From: Centroscyllium fabricii
Taxonomy: Eukaryota
NCBI GenBank assembly: GCA_051313645.2
Contig: JBNRSN020001150.1
Location: forward strand, 1-56,549
DNA: 56,549 bases
Reading direction: 5' to 3'
In this document: positions 28,698 through 43,040 of the stretch, piece after piece
How the letters are laid out: every line of letters begins with the position of its first letter
Numbering within the stretch: position 1 is the stretch's first letter
Notes under the pieces: model-generated
What the model saw: only the letters and a program-made list of their open reading frames with translations
What the model was told of the DNA's origin: nothing
Databases searched by the model: none
Made by a program: the position numbers and the translations under genes

Positions 28698-30071
28698 AAA
28701 TTATTCTCCCCACAATTATATTATTTTCCATTACATGATTATCACCAAAAAAGTGATTATGATCAACCATAACCTCCCACAGTCTTCTAATCGCATTATT
28801 TAGTTTAGTGTGATTTAAATGAAATACAGACATTGGGTGAGATTTTTCCAATAGTCTACTAGGTGTAGACCCCCTTTCCGCCCCACTACTTGTACTTACT
28901 TGCTGACTCTTACCCTTAATAATTCTAGCTAGCCAAAGTCATATTTCCACAGAGCCTATTATTCGTCAACGAATCTATATTACACTTTTAATTTTACTCC
29001 AAACTTTTCTCATTATAGCATTTAGTGCAACAGAACTAATCTTATTTTATATTATATTCGAAGCCACACTAATCCCAACACTTATTATTATTACACGATG
29101 AGGTAATCAAACTGAACGCTTAAACGCAGGAATTTATTTTCTATTTTATACTTTAATTGGGTCCCTCCCCCTACTTATTGCCCTTTTAACTATACAAAAT
29201 GACTTAGGCTCCTTGTCCCTAATTATTAACCAATACTCCCAACCACTTAATTTATCTACCTGAGCAAGTAAATTTTGATGAACAGCCTGCCTTATTGCTT
29301 TCCTAGTAAAAATACCCCTTTATGGGGTACACCTTTGACTTCCTAAAGCCCACGTTGAAGCCCCCATTGCAGGCTCAATAATTTTAGCTGCAATTTTACT
29401 TAAATTAGGTGGTTATGGGTTAATACGAATTGTTGCTATACTCAACCCCTTAACTAAAGAAATATCATATCCATTTTTAATTTTAGCCATTTGAGGAGTT
29501 ATTATAACCAGCTCAATCTGCCTTCGACAAGCCGACCTAAAATCCCTAATCGCCTACTCATCAGTGAGTCATATAGGATTAGTGGCTGCAGCAATTATAA
29601 TTCAAACACCATGAAGCTTTGCAGGAGCAATCACACTAATAATTGCACACGGATTGATTTCATCAGCCCTATTTTGTTTAGCAAACACTAATTATGAACG
29701 CACCCACAGCCGAACACTACTTTTAACCCGCGGAATTCAAATTATTCTTCCACTAATAGCAACTTGATGATTTATTACTAATATTGCTAACCTCGCCCTA
29801 CCCCCTACTCCTAATTTAATAGGAGAACTTCTCATCATTTCCTCATTATTTAGCTGATCTAACTGAACTATTTTATTAACAGGACTTGGAGTCTTAATTA
29901 CAGCCTCATACTCCCTTTACATATTCTTAATAACCCAACGAGGACTTCCATCACAACATTTATTATCCTTAAACCCCTCATATACACGAGAACACCTCCT
30001 CCTCAATCTCCATCTTCTTCCTATAATTTTATTAATTCTTAAACCAGAACTTATTTGAGGCTGAACCTTTT
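28691..30071 (+). CDS. ND4: NADH dehydrogenase subunit 4
   Basis: Copy, offset 16756. Confidence 0.96.
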
Positions 30072-30140
30072 GTCATTATAGTTTAACAAAAACATTAGAT
30101 TGTGGTTCTAAAAATAAAAGTTAAAATCTTTTTAATAACC
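30072..30140 (+). tRNA. trnH: tRNA-His
   Basis: Copy, offset 16756. Confidence 0.88.
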
Positions 30141-30207
30141 AAGAGAGGTCTGGAACATAAAGAACTGCTAATTCTTCTTATCATGGTTCAATTCCATGGC
30201 TCACTTG
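30141..30207 (+). tRNA. trnS1: tRNA-Ser(AGY)
   Basis: Copy, offset 16756. Confidence 0.87.
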
Positions 30208-30279
30208 GCCCTTGAAAGATAATAGTTATCTATTGGTCTTAGGAACCGAAAACTCTTGGTGCAACTCCAAGCAAGAGCT
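30208..30279 (+). tRNA. trnL1: tRNA-Leu(CUN)
   Basis: Copy, offset 16756. Confidence 0.88.
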
Positions 30280-32110
30280 ATGAACACAACCATCTTTAAT
30301 TCAACCTTCCTCCTCATCTTTATTATCCTCTTATACCCCCTCATTTCGTCATTATCACCTAAAAAAATAAACCCAAACTGATCATCTTCACATGTTAAGA
30401 CCTCTGTAAAAATCTCCTTCTTTATTAGCCTAATTCCATTATTTATATATCTTGATTCTGGATTAGAATCAATCACAACCAATTGAAACTGAGTCAATAT
30501 TGGGCCGTTTGATATTAATACAAGTTTTAAGTTTGACATATACTCAATCATTTTTACACCAATTGCCCTATATGTAACCTGATCTATCCTTGAATTTGCC
30601 ATTTGATATATACACTCAGACCAAAACATCAACCGCTTCTTTAAATATCTTCTCTTATTTTTAATTTCTATAATTATTCTAGTAACAGCCAACAACATAT
30701 TTCAACTATTTATTGGGTGAGAAGGAGTTGGAATTATATCTTTCCTACTTATTGGCTGATGATACAGCCGAGCAGACGCAAATACTGCAGCCTTACAGGC
30801 CGTAATTTACAATCGTGTTGGTGACATCGGACTTATTTTAAGTATAGCCTGACTAGCTATAAATCTTAACTCATGAGAAATGCAACAGCTCTTCATTTTA
30901 TCTCAAGAAAAAGACCTAACCTTGCCCCTCCTCGGGTTAGTCTTAGCCGCAGCAGGAAAATCCGCACAATTTGGCCTTCACCCATGATTGCCCTCCGCAA
31001 TAGAGGGGCCCACACCAGTCTCTGCCCTACTCCACTCTAGCACAATAGTTGTTGCTGGTATCTTCCTTTTAATTCGACTTCATCCCTTAATACAGAATAA
31101 TCAACTGATTTTAACGACATGCCTATGTTTAGGCGCCCTTACTACCCTATTTACCGCCGCATGCGCGCTTACCCAAAATGATATTAAAAAAATCGTTGCC
31201 TTCTCCACATCTAGTCAACTCGGCTTAATAATAGTAACAATTGGACTAAATCAACCTCAATTAACATTTCTTCATATCTGCACACATGCTTTTTTAAAGC
31301 AATACTTTTCCTCTGCTCAGGCTCAATTATCCACAGCCTAAATGATGAACAAGATATTCGAAAAATAGGGGGATTACATAAACTACTTCCATTTACCTCT
31401 TCATCATTAACTGTGGGCAGCCTTGCCCTTACAGGAATGCCATTCCTATCAGGATTTTTTTCAAAAGACGCTATTATTGAATCTATAAACACCTCCTATT
31501 TAAACGCCTGAGCCCTAACTTTAACCCTTATTGCAACTTCCTTCACCGCTATTTATAGCCTCCGCCTTGTTTTCTTTACTTTAATAAAACACCCACGATT
31601 TCTACCTTTTTCTCCTATACGAAAACAATCCCTTATTATTAACCCAATTAAACGCCTTGCCTATGGTAGTGTCTTAGCCGTTTAATCCTTACATTTAATC
31701 TTCCCCCAGCAAAAACCCAAATTATAACTATAACCCCCCTGCTAAAATTATCCGCCCTATTAGTAACAATTATTGGGCTCCTTCTAGCATTAGAATTAGC
31801 CAACCTAACTAATACTCAATTTAAGGTCTCCCCTAACTTATTAACCCACAATTTTTTCAAATATATTAGGATATTTCCCAACAATTATTCACCCGACTAC
31901 TGCCAAAAACTAACTTAAAATGAGCTCAGCACATCTCAACACACATCATTGACCTTACCTGAAGTGAAAAAATTGGACCAAAAAATGTTCTAATTCAACA
32001 AGTACCTTTAATTAAAATTATCTACAAAACCTCAACAAGGTTTAATCAAAACCTATTTAATACTATTCTTTTTAACACTAACCCTAACTACCTTAATTAT
32101 TCTGTTTTAA
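30280..32110 (+). pseudogene. ND5: ND5, A/B chimeric, frameshifted as written (probably sequencing error)
   Basis: T lost at ~31290-31295 (HAFFK to HAFLK) plus further 1-2 bp indels 31.6-32.0 kb, net -2. Confidence 0.8.
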
Positions 32111-32630
32111 ATAACACGTAAAGTACCCATATGATAAACCCCGAGTTAATTCTAAAACTACAAATAATGTTAATAATAATACTCATCCACCTAATACCAA
32201 CATAACTCCCCATTAGAGTATAGTAAAGCTACACCTCCAAAATCCCCACGAGCAACTTCTATTCCACTTATTTCCTCTACCCCCCGCTCAATCTAATCCC
32301 CACCCCTTAACAAAAAAATATTTCCCCACAAAAAAGAGGCCCAATAAATAAATACTGATGTATAATAGTACTGATCAATCAATTAACGTCTCCGGGTAAG
32401 GCTCAGCGGCCAAGGCTGCCGTATAAGCAAATACAACTAACATTCCCCCTAAATAAATTAGAAACAAAACCAAGGACAGAAAAGACCCGCCATGTCCCAA
32501 CTAATAAACCACACCCAACCCCAGCAGCCACTACTAAGCCCAACGCTGCAAAATAAGGAGAAGGGTTTGATGCTACCGCTATTAAACCTAAGACGAAACC
32601 TACTAATATTACGAACATAAAATAAATCAT
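32107..32630 (-). pseudogene. ND6: ND6, frameshifted as written (probably sequencing error)
   Basis: Four 1-bp homopolymer indels, net +2; ORF diverges after GLLVG. Confidence 0.8.
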
Positions 32631-32700
32631 TATTCCCACTTGGACTTTAACCAAGACCAACAACTTGAAAAACTATCGTTGTTCATTCAACTATAAGAAT
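32631..32700 (-). tRNA. trnE: tRNA-Glu
   Basis: Copy of 15875-15944, B allele. Confidence 0.87.
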
Positions 32701-32704
32701 AATA

Positions 32705-33853
32705 ATGACCATTAATATCCGAAAAACCCACCCAATTATTAAAATTGTTAATCACGCTTTAATTGACTTACCCGCACCATCTAATATCTCCTACTGATGA
32801 AACTTTGGATCATTAATAGGACTTTGTCTAATTAATCCAAATTATTACAGGACTTTTTCTAGCCATACACTATACCGCGGACATTTCTACAGCTTTCTCC
32901 TCAGTAAACCCATATTTGCCGTGATGTTAATTATGGGTGATTAATCCGTAATATCCATGCTAACGGCGCCTCCCTCTTCTTTATTTGTATTTACTTACAT
33001 GTAGCCCGGGGGTTATACTATGGCTCCTACCTTTTTAAAGAAACATGAAATATTGGAGTTATCTTACTATTTTTGCTAATAGCAACAGCTTTTGTAGGAT
33101 ATGTCCTACCATGGGGACAAATATCCTTCTGAGGAGCTACAGTTATCACCAATCTTCTGTCCGCCTTCCCTTATATTGGGAATACACTAGTCCAATGACT
33201 CTGAGGGGGCTTCTCCATTGATAACGCCACCCTAACCCGCTTCTTCGCATTTCACTTCCTCCTCCCATTCCTAATTATCGGCCTAACTATAATTCACTTC
33301 CTGTTTCTCCACGAAACAGGCTCAAATAACCCAATAGGCATTAATTCTGATATAGACAAAATCTCATTCCACCCCTATTTTTCGTATAAAGATACCCTCG
33401 GATTCTTTACCATAATTGTCTTATTAGCAATGTTAGCCCTATTTTCACCCAATCTCCTGGGGGACGCTGAAAATTTTATTCCCGCCAATCCCCTTGTCAC
33501 CCCGCCTCATATTAAACCAGAATGGTACTTTTTATTCGCCTATGCTATTCTACGCTCCATTCCCAACAAGTTGGGGGGAGTCTTAGCCCTCCTATTTTCA
33601 ATCTTTATCCTAATATTGATTCCAATACTACACACCTCAAAACAACGGAGTAACACCTTCCGACCCATTACCCAACTTTTTTTCTGAACTCTTATAGCTA
33701 ATACAATTGTTTTAACATGAATTGGAGGACAACCAGTTGAACAACCATTTATCTTAGTGGGCCAAATTGCTTCCGTTACATATTTCTCATTGTTTCTTAT
33801 TATTATTCCATTAACTAGTTTTTTCGAAAAACAAAATGCTCAGCCTAAGTTAA
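32705..33853 (+). pseudogene. CYTB: CYTB with three 1-bp insertions (probably sequencing error)
   Basis: Extra A near 32835, 32907 and 33830 relative to the other copies. Confidence 0.8.
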
Positions 33854-33854
33854 T

Positions 33855-33926
33855 GTTTTGGTAGCTAAATATAAAAGCGTCGGCCTTGTAAGCCGAAGAC
33901 CGGGGGTGTAAACCCTCCCCAAAACA
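33855..33926 (+). tRNA. trnT: tRNA-Thr
   Basis: Copy, 1-nt deletion in D arm. Confidence 0.85.
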
Positions 33927-33928
33927 CA

Positions 33929-33997
33929 TCAGGGAAAGGAGGGTTAAACTCCTGCCGTTGGCCCCCAAAGCCAATATTCTGCCTAAACTGCCCCCTG
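33929..33997 (-). tRNA. trnP: tRNA-Pro
   Basis: Copy. Confidence 0.88.
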
Positions 33998-35106
33998 ATT
34001 CCTAAAAATGATGCTCCCGATTCTTAAAAAGGATGCCAAAACATCATTTTTTGGAGTAAGTCAGTTGTACATATATATGATATAGCCCCATTATCCTAAT
34101 ATACCACATACAACATACATGTATAATCACCATACATAGATATACCCCATCTATATAACATATCTATGTATAATACTCATTCATCTATAATCCTCACCTT
34201 CATTTACATACATGATTAACCCACATTTCTCTAATCTTTCCATAAATTCATTACACAAATATTTCTAACCCACATTAATCTAAAAATCAATAAATCATAT
34301 CCCATTAATACACTTAATCCCTATTTTTATGAGAATCAAATTTCTACTAGGGAAAACTCGAGACCACCAATGATTCCTTATAAAGTATATAGTGTACGGT
34401 TTGTAGTACTGTAGACAATAATTCCCCTATAAGTGATTAAATGCCGGCATTTGGCTATCTCAAACTACTAACAGTTCAATACGTATCACCCATCCAGACC
34501 GCTAGTTCCCTTTAATGCCATTCTACTCTTATCCGTATCAAGATTTCTCGAGCCTTCCCTACCTTTTTTTTTTTGGGATGAAAACAATCGCTAGGCCTAC
34601 GGGCCTTAAAAAAAAGGCTCACAGTTAAATCCGAACACATCTAGACATTAATCTAATATATTAAATTATTGAATCCACGAACAGTAGGTCATTAAGTTGA
34701 CCATTCTGTGTCAAGTGTATAGAGCCTATGAATTATGTAAGACACTATTTTATTTTCGCGCTTAATATAACATAGGTTTAATAAATACACGTTATTAACC
34801 CCCATTAATCTTGGTAATACAATTTATTTAATGAGAGTTTACATTCAGTTACTTAACACATACTTTCACTATCGGACATAAACATTAGACTTTTCACTAT
34901 TTTTTATAAAGTGCCCCCTTGGGTAACGAAGAGAAGGACGACTGTTTGTTAATTTTTTTTTTTTGGAAAAACCCCCCTACCCCCCTAATATACAAAATGG
35001 CTTTTCTCGAAAAACCCCTAAAACGAGGGCCGAATGCATATTTTAAAATTTTTAAATGTGGAAAAAATTCACTATACATTGTTGCAGTTGTGTTGCACAA
35101 TGTGAC
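33998..35106. promoter_or_regulatory. Control region (copy 3, haplotype B)
   Basis: Copy with B substitutions and several +1 indels. Confidence 0.92.
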
Positions 35107-35174
35107 GCTAGTGTAGCTTATTGAAAGTATGGCACTGAAAATGCTAAGATGAGATTTAAAAATTTCCGCGGGCA
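35107..35174 (+). tRNA. trnF: tRNA-Phe
   Basis: Copy. Confidence 0.88.
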
Positions 35175-36131
35175 CAAAAGGTTTGGTCCTAGCCTCAGTA
35201 TTAATTGCAACTAGAATTATACATGCAAGTTTCAGCACCCCTGTGAGAATGCCCTTATCAGCCTGTCAGCTGATAAGGAGCGGGTATCAGGCACACGCAC
35301 GTAGCCCCAAGACGCCTTGTTAAGCCACACCCCCAAGGGACTTCAGCAGTAATAAACATTGATTTTATAAGCGCAAGCTTGAATCAGTTATAGTTAGCTG
35401 GGTTGGTAAATCTCGTGCCAGCCACCGCGGTTATACGAGTGACCCTAATTAACACTTCCCCGGCGTAAAGAGTGGTTTAAGAAAAATCTCCAAATAATTA
35501 AAGTTAAAACCCCATTAAGCTGTTATACGCTCCCATGGGTGGAATCATCAACAACGAAAGTAATTTTATATCATCAGACCTCTTGATGCCACGATAGTTG
35601 GGCCCCAAACTAGGATTAGATACCCTACTATGCCCAACCACAAACTTAGACAATAATCTACCATATTGTCCGCCAGAGTACTACAAGCGCTAGCTTTAAA
35701 ACCCAAAGGACTTGGCGGTACTCCAGACCCCCCTAGAGGAGCCTGTTCTATAATCGATAATCCCCGTTAAACCTCACCACTTCTTGCCAATACCGCCTAT
35801 ATACCGCCGTCGTCAGCTCACCCTGTGAAGGACTAAAAGTAAGCAAAAAGAACTATCTCCCATACGTCAGGTCAAGGTGTAGCGAATGAAGTGGAAAGAA
35901 ATGGGCTACATTCTCTACTAAGAGAACACGAATAGTGGACTGAAAACCCACTTCAAGGTGGATTTAGTAGTAAGGAAAAATCAGAGAGTTTTCCTGAAAT
36001 TGGCTCTGGAATGCGCACACACCGCCCGTCACTCTCCTCAACAAAACCTTTATTTTTTACATAAAACCTTTATTTTATAAAGAGGAGGCAAGTCGTAACA
36101 TGGTAAGTGTACTGGAAAGTGCACTTGGAAT
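35175..36131 (+). rRNA. rrnS: 12S rRNA
   Basis: Copy. Confidence 0.95.
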
Positions 36132-36203
36132 CAAAATGTAGCTAAATTAGTAAAGCACCTCCCTTACACCGAGGAGAAGCCCATGCAACTTGGGCCATTT
36201 TGA
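36132..36203 (+). tRNA. trnV: tRNA-Val
   Basis: Copy, B allele gcaac. Confidence 0.88.
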
Positions 36204-37884
36204 ACATTAAAGCTAGCCTAACCAATTGTATAAACACAACCACATCAATTATATCCACCCCCCCTACTACCTAATTAAAAACATTTTTATGCCTTTTAGT
36301 ATCGGTGATAGAACAATAGATCAGCGCAATAGACTATGTACCGCAAGGGAAAGCTGAAAAAGAAATGAAATAAATAATTAAAGTAATTAAAAGCAGAGAC
36401 TCAACCTCGTACCTTTTGCATCATGATTTAGCTAGATTAACTAGGCAAAGAGATCTTAAGTCTATCTTCCCGAAACTAAACGAGCTACCCCGAAGCAGCA
36501 CATTAGAGCCAACCCGTCTCTGTGGCAAAAGAGTGGGAAGACTTCCGAGTAGCGGTGATAAACCTACCGAGTTTAGTGATAGCTGGTTACCCCAAGAAAA
36601 GAACTTAAATTCTACATTAATTTTTTCATGTCAACTAAGAATATCTTCTTAAGACTAAAAAATAAGGATTAATAGCTATTTAGAAGAGGTACAGCCCTTC
36701 TAAATTAAGAAACAACTTTTAAAGGAGGGTAATGATCATATTTATTAAAGGTCTCTTTCCCCAGTGGGCCTAAAAGCAGCCACCTGTAAAGTAAGCGTCA
36801 TAGCTCCAGCTTTTTACAAAACCTATAATTTAGATACTATCTCACAACCCCCTTACCTGTATTGGGTTATTTTATTTAATTAAAAGAACTTATGCTAAAA
36901 TGAGTAATAAGAGGCCAAAACCTCTCCTAACACAAGTGTACATCAGAAAGAATTAAATCACTGATAATTAAACGAACCCAAACTGAGGACATAATAATAA
37001 TTTACTATTAACTAGAAACCCTATTTAATTATTCGTTAACCCAACACAGGAGTGTACTAAGGAAAGATTAAAAGAAAATAAAGGAACTCGGCAAACATAA
37101 ACTCCGCCTGTTTACCAAAACATCGCCTCTTGCTCAACTTCTATAAGAGGTCCCGCCTGCCCTGTGACATTGTTTAACGGCCGCGGTATTTTGACCGTGC
37201 AAAGGTAGCGTAATCACTTGTCTTTTAAATGAAGACCCGTATGAAAGGCATCACGAGAGTTTAACTGTCTCTATTTTCTAATCAATGAAATTGATCTTCT
37301 CGTGCAGAAGCGAGAATACACCCATTAGACGAGAAGACCCTATGGAGCTTTAAAACACATAAATTAATTATGTAAAATTATAATTCTACGGAAATAAACT
37401 AACTATATAATACTCCCTAATTTAACTGTTTTTGGTTGGGGTGACCAAGGGGAAAAGAAAATCCCCCTTATCGATCGAGTATTCAATACTTAAAAATTAG
37501 AACGACAGTTCTTATTAATAAAATATTTACCGAAAAATGACCCAGAATTTTCTGATCATTGAACCAAGTTACCCTAGGGATAACAGCGCAATCCTTTCCA
37601 AGAGTCCCTATCGCCGAAAGGGTTTACGACCTCGATGTTGGATCAGGACATCCTAATAGTGCAACCGTTATTAAGGGTTCGTTTGTTTCAACGATTAATA
37701 GTCCTACGTGATCTGAGTTCAGACCGGAGAAATCCAGGTCCAGTTTCTATCTATGAACTTATTTTTTCTAGTACGAAAGGACCGAAAAAATGGAGCCAAT
37801 ACCAAATGGCACGCTCCTTTTTCATCTACTGAAATAAACTAAATTAGGTAAGAAAAAATTGCCTGCAAACCCAAGATAAGGGTT
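36204..37884 (+). rRNA. rrnL: 16S rRNA
   Basis: Copy with scattered 1-bp indels. Confidence 0.95.
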
Positions 37885-37959
37885 GTTAGGGTGGCAGAGC
37901 CTGGTAAATGCAAAAGACCTAAATCCTTTGACTCAGAGGTTCAAATCCTCTTCCTAATT
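37885..37959 (+). tRNA. trnL2: tRNA-Leu(UUR)
   Basis: Copy. Confidence 0.88.
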
Positions 37960-38935
37960 ATGTTACAACATATTTTACTCTACCTCGTAAACCCAATTGC
38001 CTACATTATCCCTATTCTCCTGGCCACAGCTTTTCTAACTTTAGTAGAACGAAAAAATTCTTGGCTACATACAACACCGCAAAGGCCCTAATATTGTAGG
38101 ACCCTACGGTCTCCTCCAACCAATTGCAGATGGCGTAAAACTATTTATTAAAGAACCCGTACGCCCTTCAACATCCTCTCCACTTTTATTTTTAGCTACT
38201 CCAATTACAGCACTTACTTTAGCTCTCCTTATATGAATACCCCTCCCACTACCACATTCAATTATTAACCTTAACCTTGGTCTCCTATTTATCCTAGCAG
38301 TCTCAAGTATAACTGTTTATACAATCCTAGGCTCAGGGTGAGCATCAAATTCAAAATATGCCCTCATAGGGGCCCTACGAGCTGTAGCACAAACCATCTC
38401 TTACGAAGTCACACTGGGCCTCATCTTATTATCAATAATTATCTTTGCGGGCGGATTTACACTTCATACATTTAATTTAACACAAGAAGCAATCTGATTG
38501 TTAATTCCCGGCTGACCTCTAGCCATAATGTGATACATCTCAACATTAGCAGAAACTAATCGAGCCCCCTTCGATTTAACTGAGGGAGAGTCAGAATTAG
38601 TTTCAGGTTTTAACGTTGAGTATGCAGGTGGTTCATTTGCCTTATTTTTCCTAGCCGAATATACAAATATTTTAATAATAAATACCCTTTCCGTTATTCT
38701 ATTCATAGGCTCATCATATAACCCAACAATACCACAAATCTCAACATTTTACTTAATAATAAAAGCAACACTACTAACCTTTATTTTTTTATGAATTCGA
38801 GCATCATACCCCCGCTTCCGTTATGACCAACTTATACACCTCGTGTGAAAAAACTTTTTACCACTTACCCTAGCTCTCGTCCTATGACACATCGCCCTCC
38901 CACTCACCATAGCCAGCCTTCCCCCACTATCCTAA
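37960..38935 (+). pseudogene. ND1: ND1 with +1 A frameshift (probably sequencing error)
   Basis: A-run at ~38052-38057 is one base longer than in the other three copies. Confidence 0.8.
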
Positions 38936-38937
38936 GT

Positions 38938-39008
38938 GGAAGTGTGCCTGAATTAAAGGACCACTTTGATAGAGTGGATTATGAAAGTTAAAACCTCTCC
39001 CACTTCCT
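38938..39008 (+). tRNA. trnI: tRNA-Ile
   Basis: Copy. Confidence 0.86.
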
Positions 39009-39078
39009 AGAAAGATAGGACTTGAACCTATACCCAAGAGATCAAAACTCTTAGTACTTCCAATTATACCACTTCCTA
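39007..39078 (-). tRNA. trnQ: tRNA-Gln
   Basis: Copy. Confidence 0.86.
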
Positions 39079-39146
39079 AGTAAAGTCAGCTAATTAAGCT
39101 TTTGGCCCATACCCCAACCATGTTGGTTAAAATCCTTCCTCTACTA
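39079..39146 (+). tRNA. trnM: tRNA-Met
   Basis: Copy, one G missing in anticodon stem. Confidence 0.84.
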
Positions 39147-40182
39147 ATGAACCCAGTAGTACTAACCATTATTATTTCAAGTTTAGGATTAGGAACAATA
39201 ATAACATTCATTGGGTCTCATTGATTACTAGTCTGAATAGGCCTCGAAATTAATACCCTAGCTATTATCCCCATAATAATACATCAACACCACCCACGAG
39301 CAGTAGAAGCAGCCACAAAATATTTTCTAACACAAGCGACTGCCTCTGCCTTATTATTATTTGCCAGCATCACAAACGCCTGAACCCTGGGCGAGTGAAG
39401 CTTGCTTGAAATACTTAATCCAACCTCTGCCGCACTCGCCACCATCGCACTAGCTTTAAAAATTGGGATTGCACCAATACATTTCTGACTGCCAGAAGTA
39501 CTCCAAGGACTAAACCTCACTACAGGCTTAATTTTAGCTACATGGCAAAAACTTGCCCCATTCGCTATTCTTCTGCAACTCTACCCAATGCTCAATTCAA
39601 ATTTACTATTATTCTTGGGCGTATTATCAATTGTAATTGGAGGCTGAGGCGGTTTAAATCAAACTCAACTACGAAAAATTTTAGGCTTACTCATCAATTG
39701 CCCACCTTGGATGAATAATTACAATTTTACATTACTCCCCAAATCTTACACAACTTAATCTTGCCTTATATATTATTATAACTCTCACAACTTTCCTTCT
39801 TTTTAAACTCCTTAACACTACCAAAATTAATTCTCTCGCTATTTCTGCAATTAAATCCCCACTCCTCTCCACAATTACCCTAATAACACTTCTGTCCCTT
39901 GGAGGTTTACCCCCCCTTTCAGGTTTTATACCAAAATGATTAATTTTACAAGAACTAACCAAACAAAACCTAAATATCCCAGCCACCATTATAGCCCTGG
40001 CTACCCTCCTCAGTCTATTCTTTTACCTCCGCCTATGCTATTCCACAGCATTAACTATCCCCCCAAACACTATTTACCTAACATCCTCTTGACGAATAAA
40101 ATCACTACAACCAAATCTTATATTAATAATAACCGCTTCACTTTCCATCCTGCTTTTACCACTAACACCTGCTATTTTCTAA
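39147..40182 (+). pseudogene. ND2: ND2 with +1 G (~39684, probable error) and 12-bp in-frame C-terminal deletion
   Basis: ttaggctta vs ttagctta; gctattttc-taa vs gctatttttatattgaccctc-taa. Confidence 0.8.
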
Positions 40183-40250
40183 GAAATTTAGGTTAAATAG
40201 ACCATAAGCCTTCAAAGCTTCTAGCAGGAGTGAAAATCCCCTAATTTCTG
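40182..40250 (+). tRNA. trnW: tRNA-Trp
   Basis: Copy, offset 33519. Confidence 0.88.
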
Positions 40251-40251
40251 T

Positions 40252-40320
40252 TAAGACTTGCAAGACTTTATCTCACATCTTCTGAATGCAACCCAGATAC
40301 TTTTATTAAGCTAAAATCTT
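40252..40320 (-). tRNA. trnA: tRNA-Ala
   Basis: Copy, offset 33519. Confidence 0.87.
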
Positions 40321-40393
40321 CTAGATAAATAGGCCTTGATCCTACAAAATCTTAGTTAACAGCTAAGTGTTCTATCCAGTGAACTTTTATCTA
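40321..40393 (-). tRNA. trnN: tRNA-Asn
   Basis: Copy, offset 33519. Confidence 0.87.
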
Positions 40394-40435
40394 CGGCTTC
40401 CTCCCGCCGTCAAAACTGGGAGGCGGGAGAAGCCC
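40394..40435. other. OL hairpin
   Basis: Copy, offset 33519. Confidence 0.87.
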
Positions 40436-40498
40436 GGGGAGGAGTCAACCTCCGGTTTTTGGATTTGCAATCCAACGTGTACATTCACTGCAAGACTT
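40430..40498 (-). tRNA. trnC: tRNA-Cys
   Basis: Copy, offset 33519. Confidence 0.86.
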
Positions 40499-40566
40499 GG
40501 TAAGAGGGGGAGTTTAACCTCCATTTACGGGGTTACAATCCGCCACTTATTCTCAGTCACCTTACC
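40498..40566 (-). tRNA. trnY: tRNA-Tyr
   Basis: Copy, offset 33519. Confidence 0.86.
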
Positions 40567-40567
40567 T

Positions 40568-42124
<1,557 letters not shown>

Positions 42125-42195
42125 CAAGGAAGGAAGGAATCGAACCCCCATATTTTGATTTCAAATCAATTACATCACCACTCTGTCACTTTCTT
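42125..42195 (-). tRNA. trnS2: tRNA-Ser(UCN)
   Basis: Copy; substitution at 42129. Confidence 0.87.
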
Positions 42196-42198
42196 TAT

Positions 42199-42965
<767 letters not shown>

Positions 42966-43039
42966 CATTAAGAAGCTATATTGGGTTTAGCATTAGCCTT
43001 TTAAGCTAAAAACTGGTGACTCCCTACCACCCTTAGTGA
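42966..43039 (+). tRNA. trnK: tRNA-Lys
   Basis: Copy, offset 33519. Confidence 0.87.
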
Positions 43040-43040
43040 T

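Noticed and set aside
31290-39690. Programmed frameshifting, RNA editing or true pseudogenisation as the cause of the frameshifts
   Set aside because: The indels are homopolymer-associated, private to one copy and absent from the other B copy, so sequencing error is far more parsimonious.
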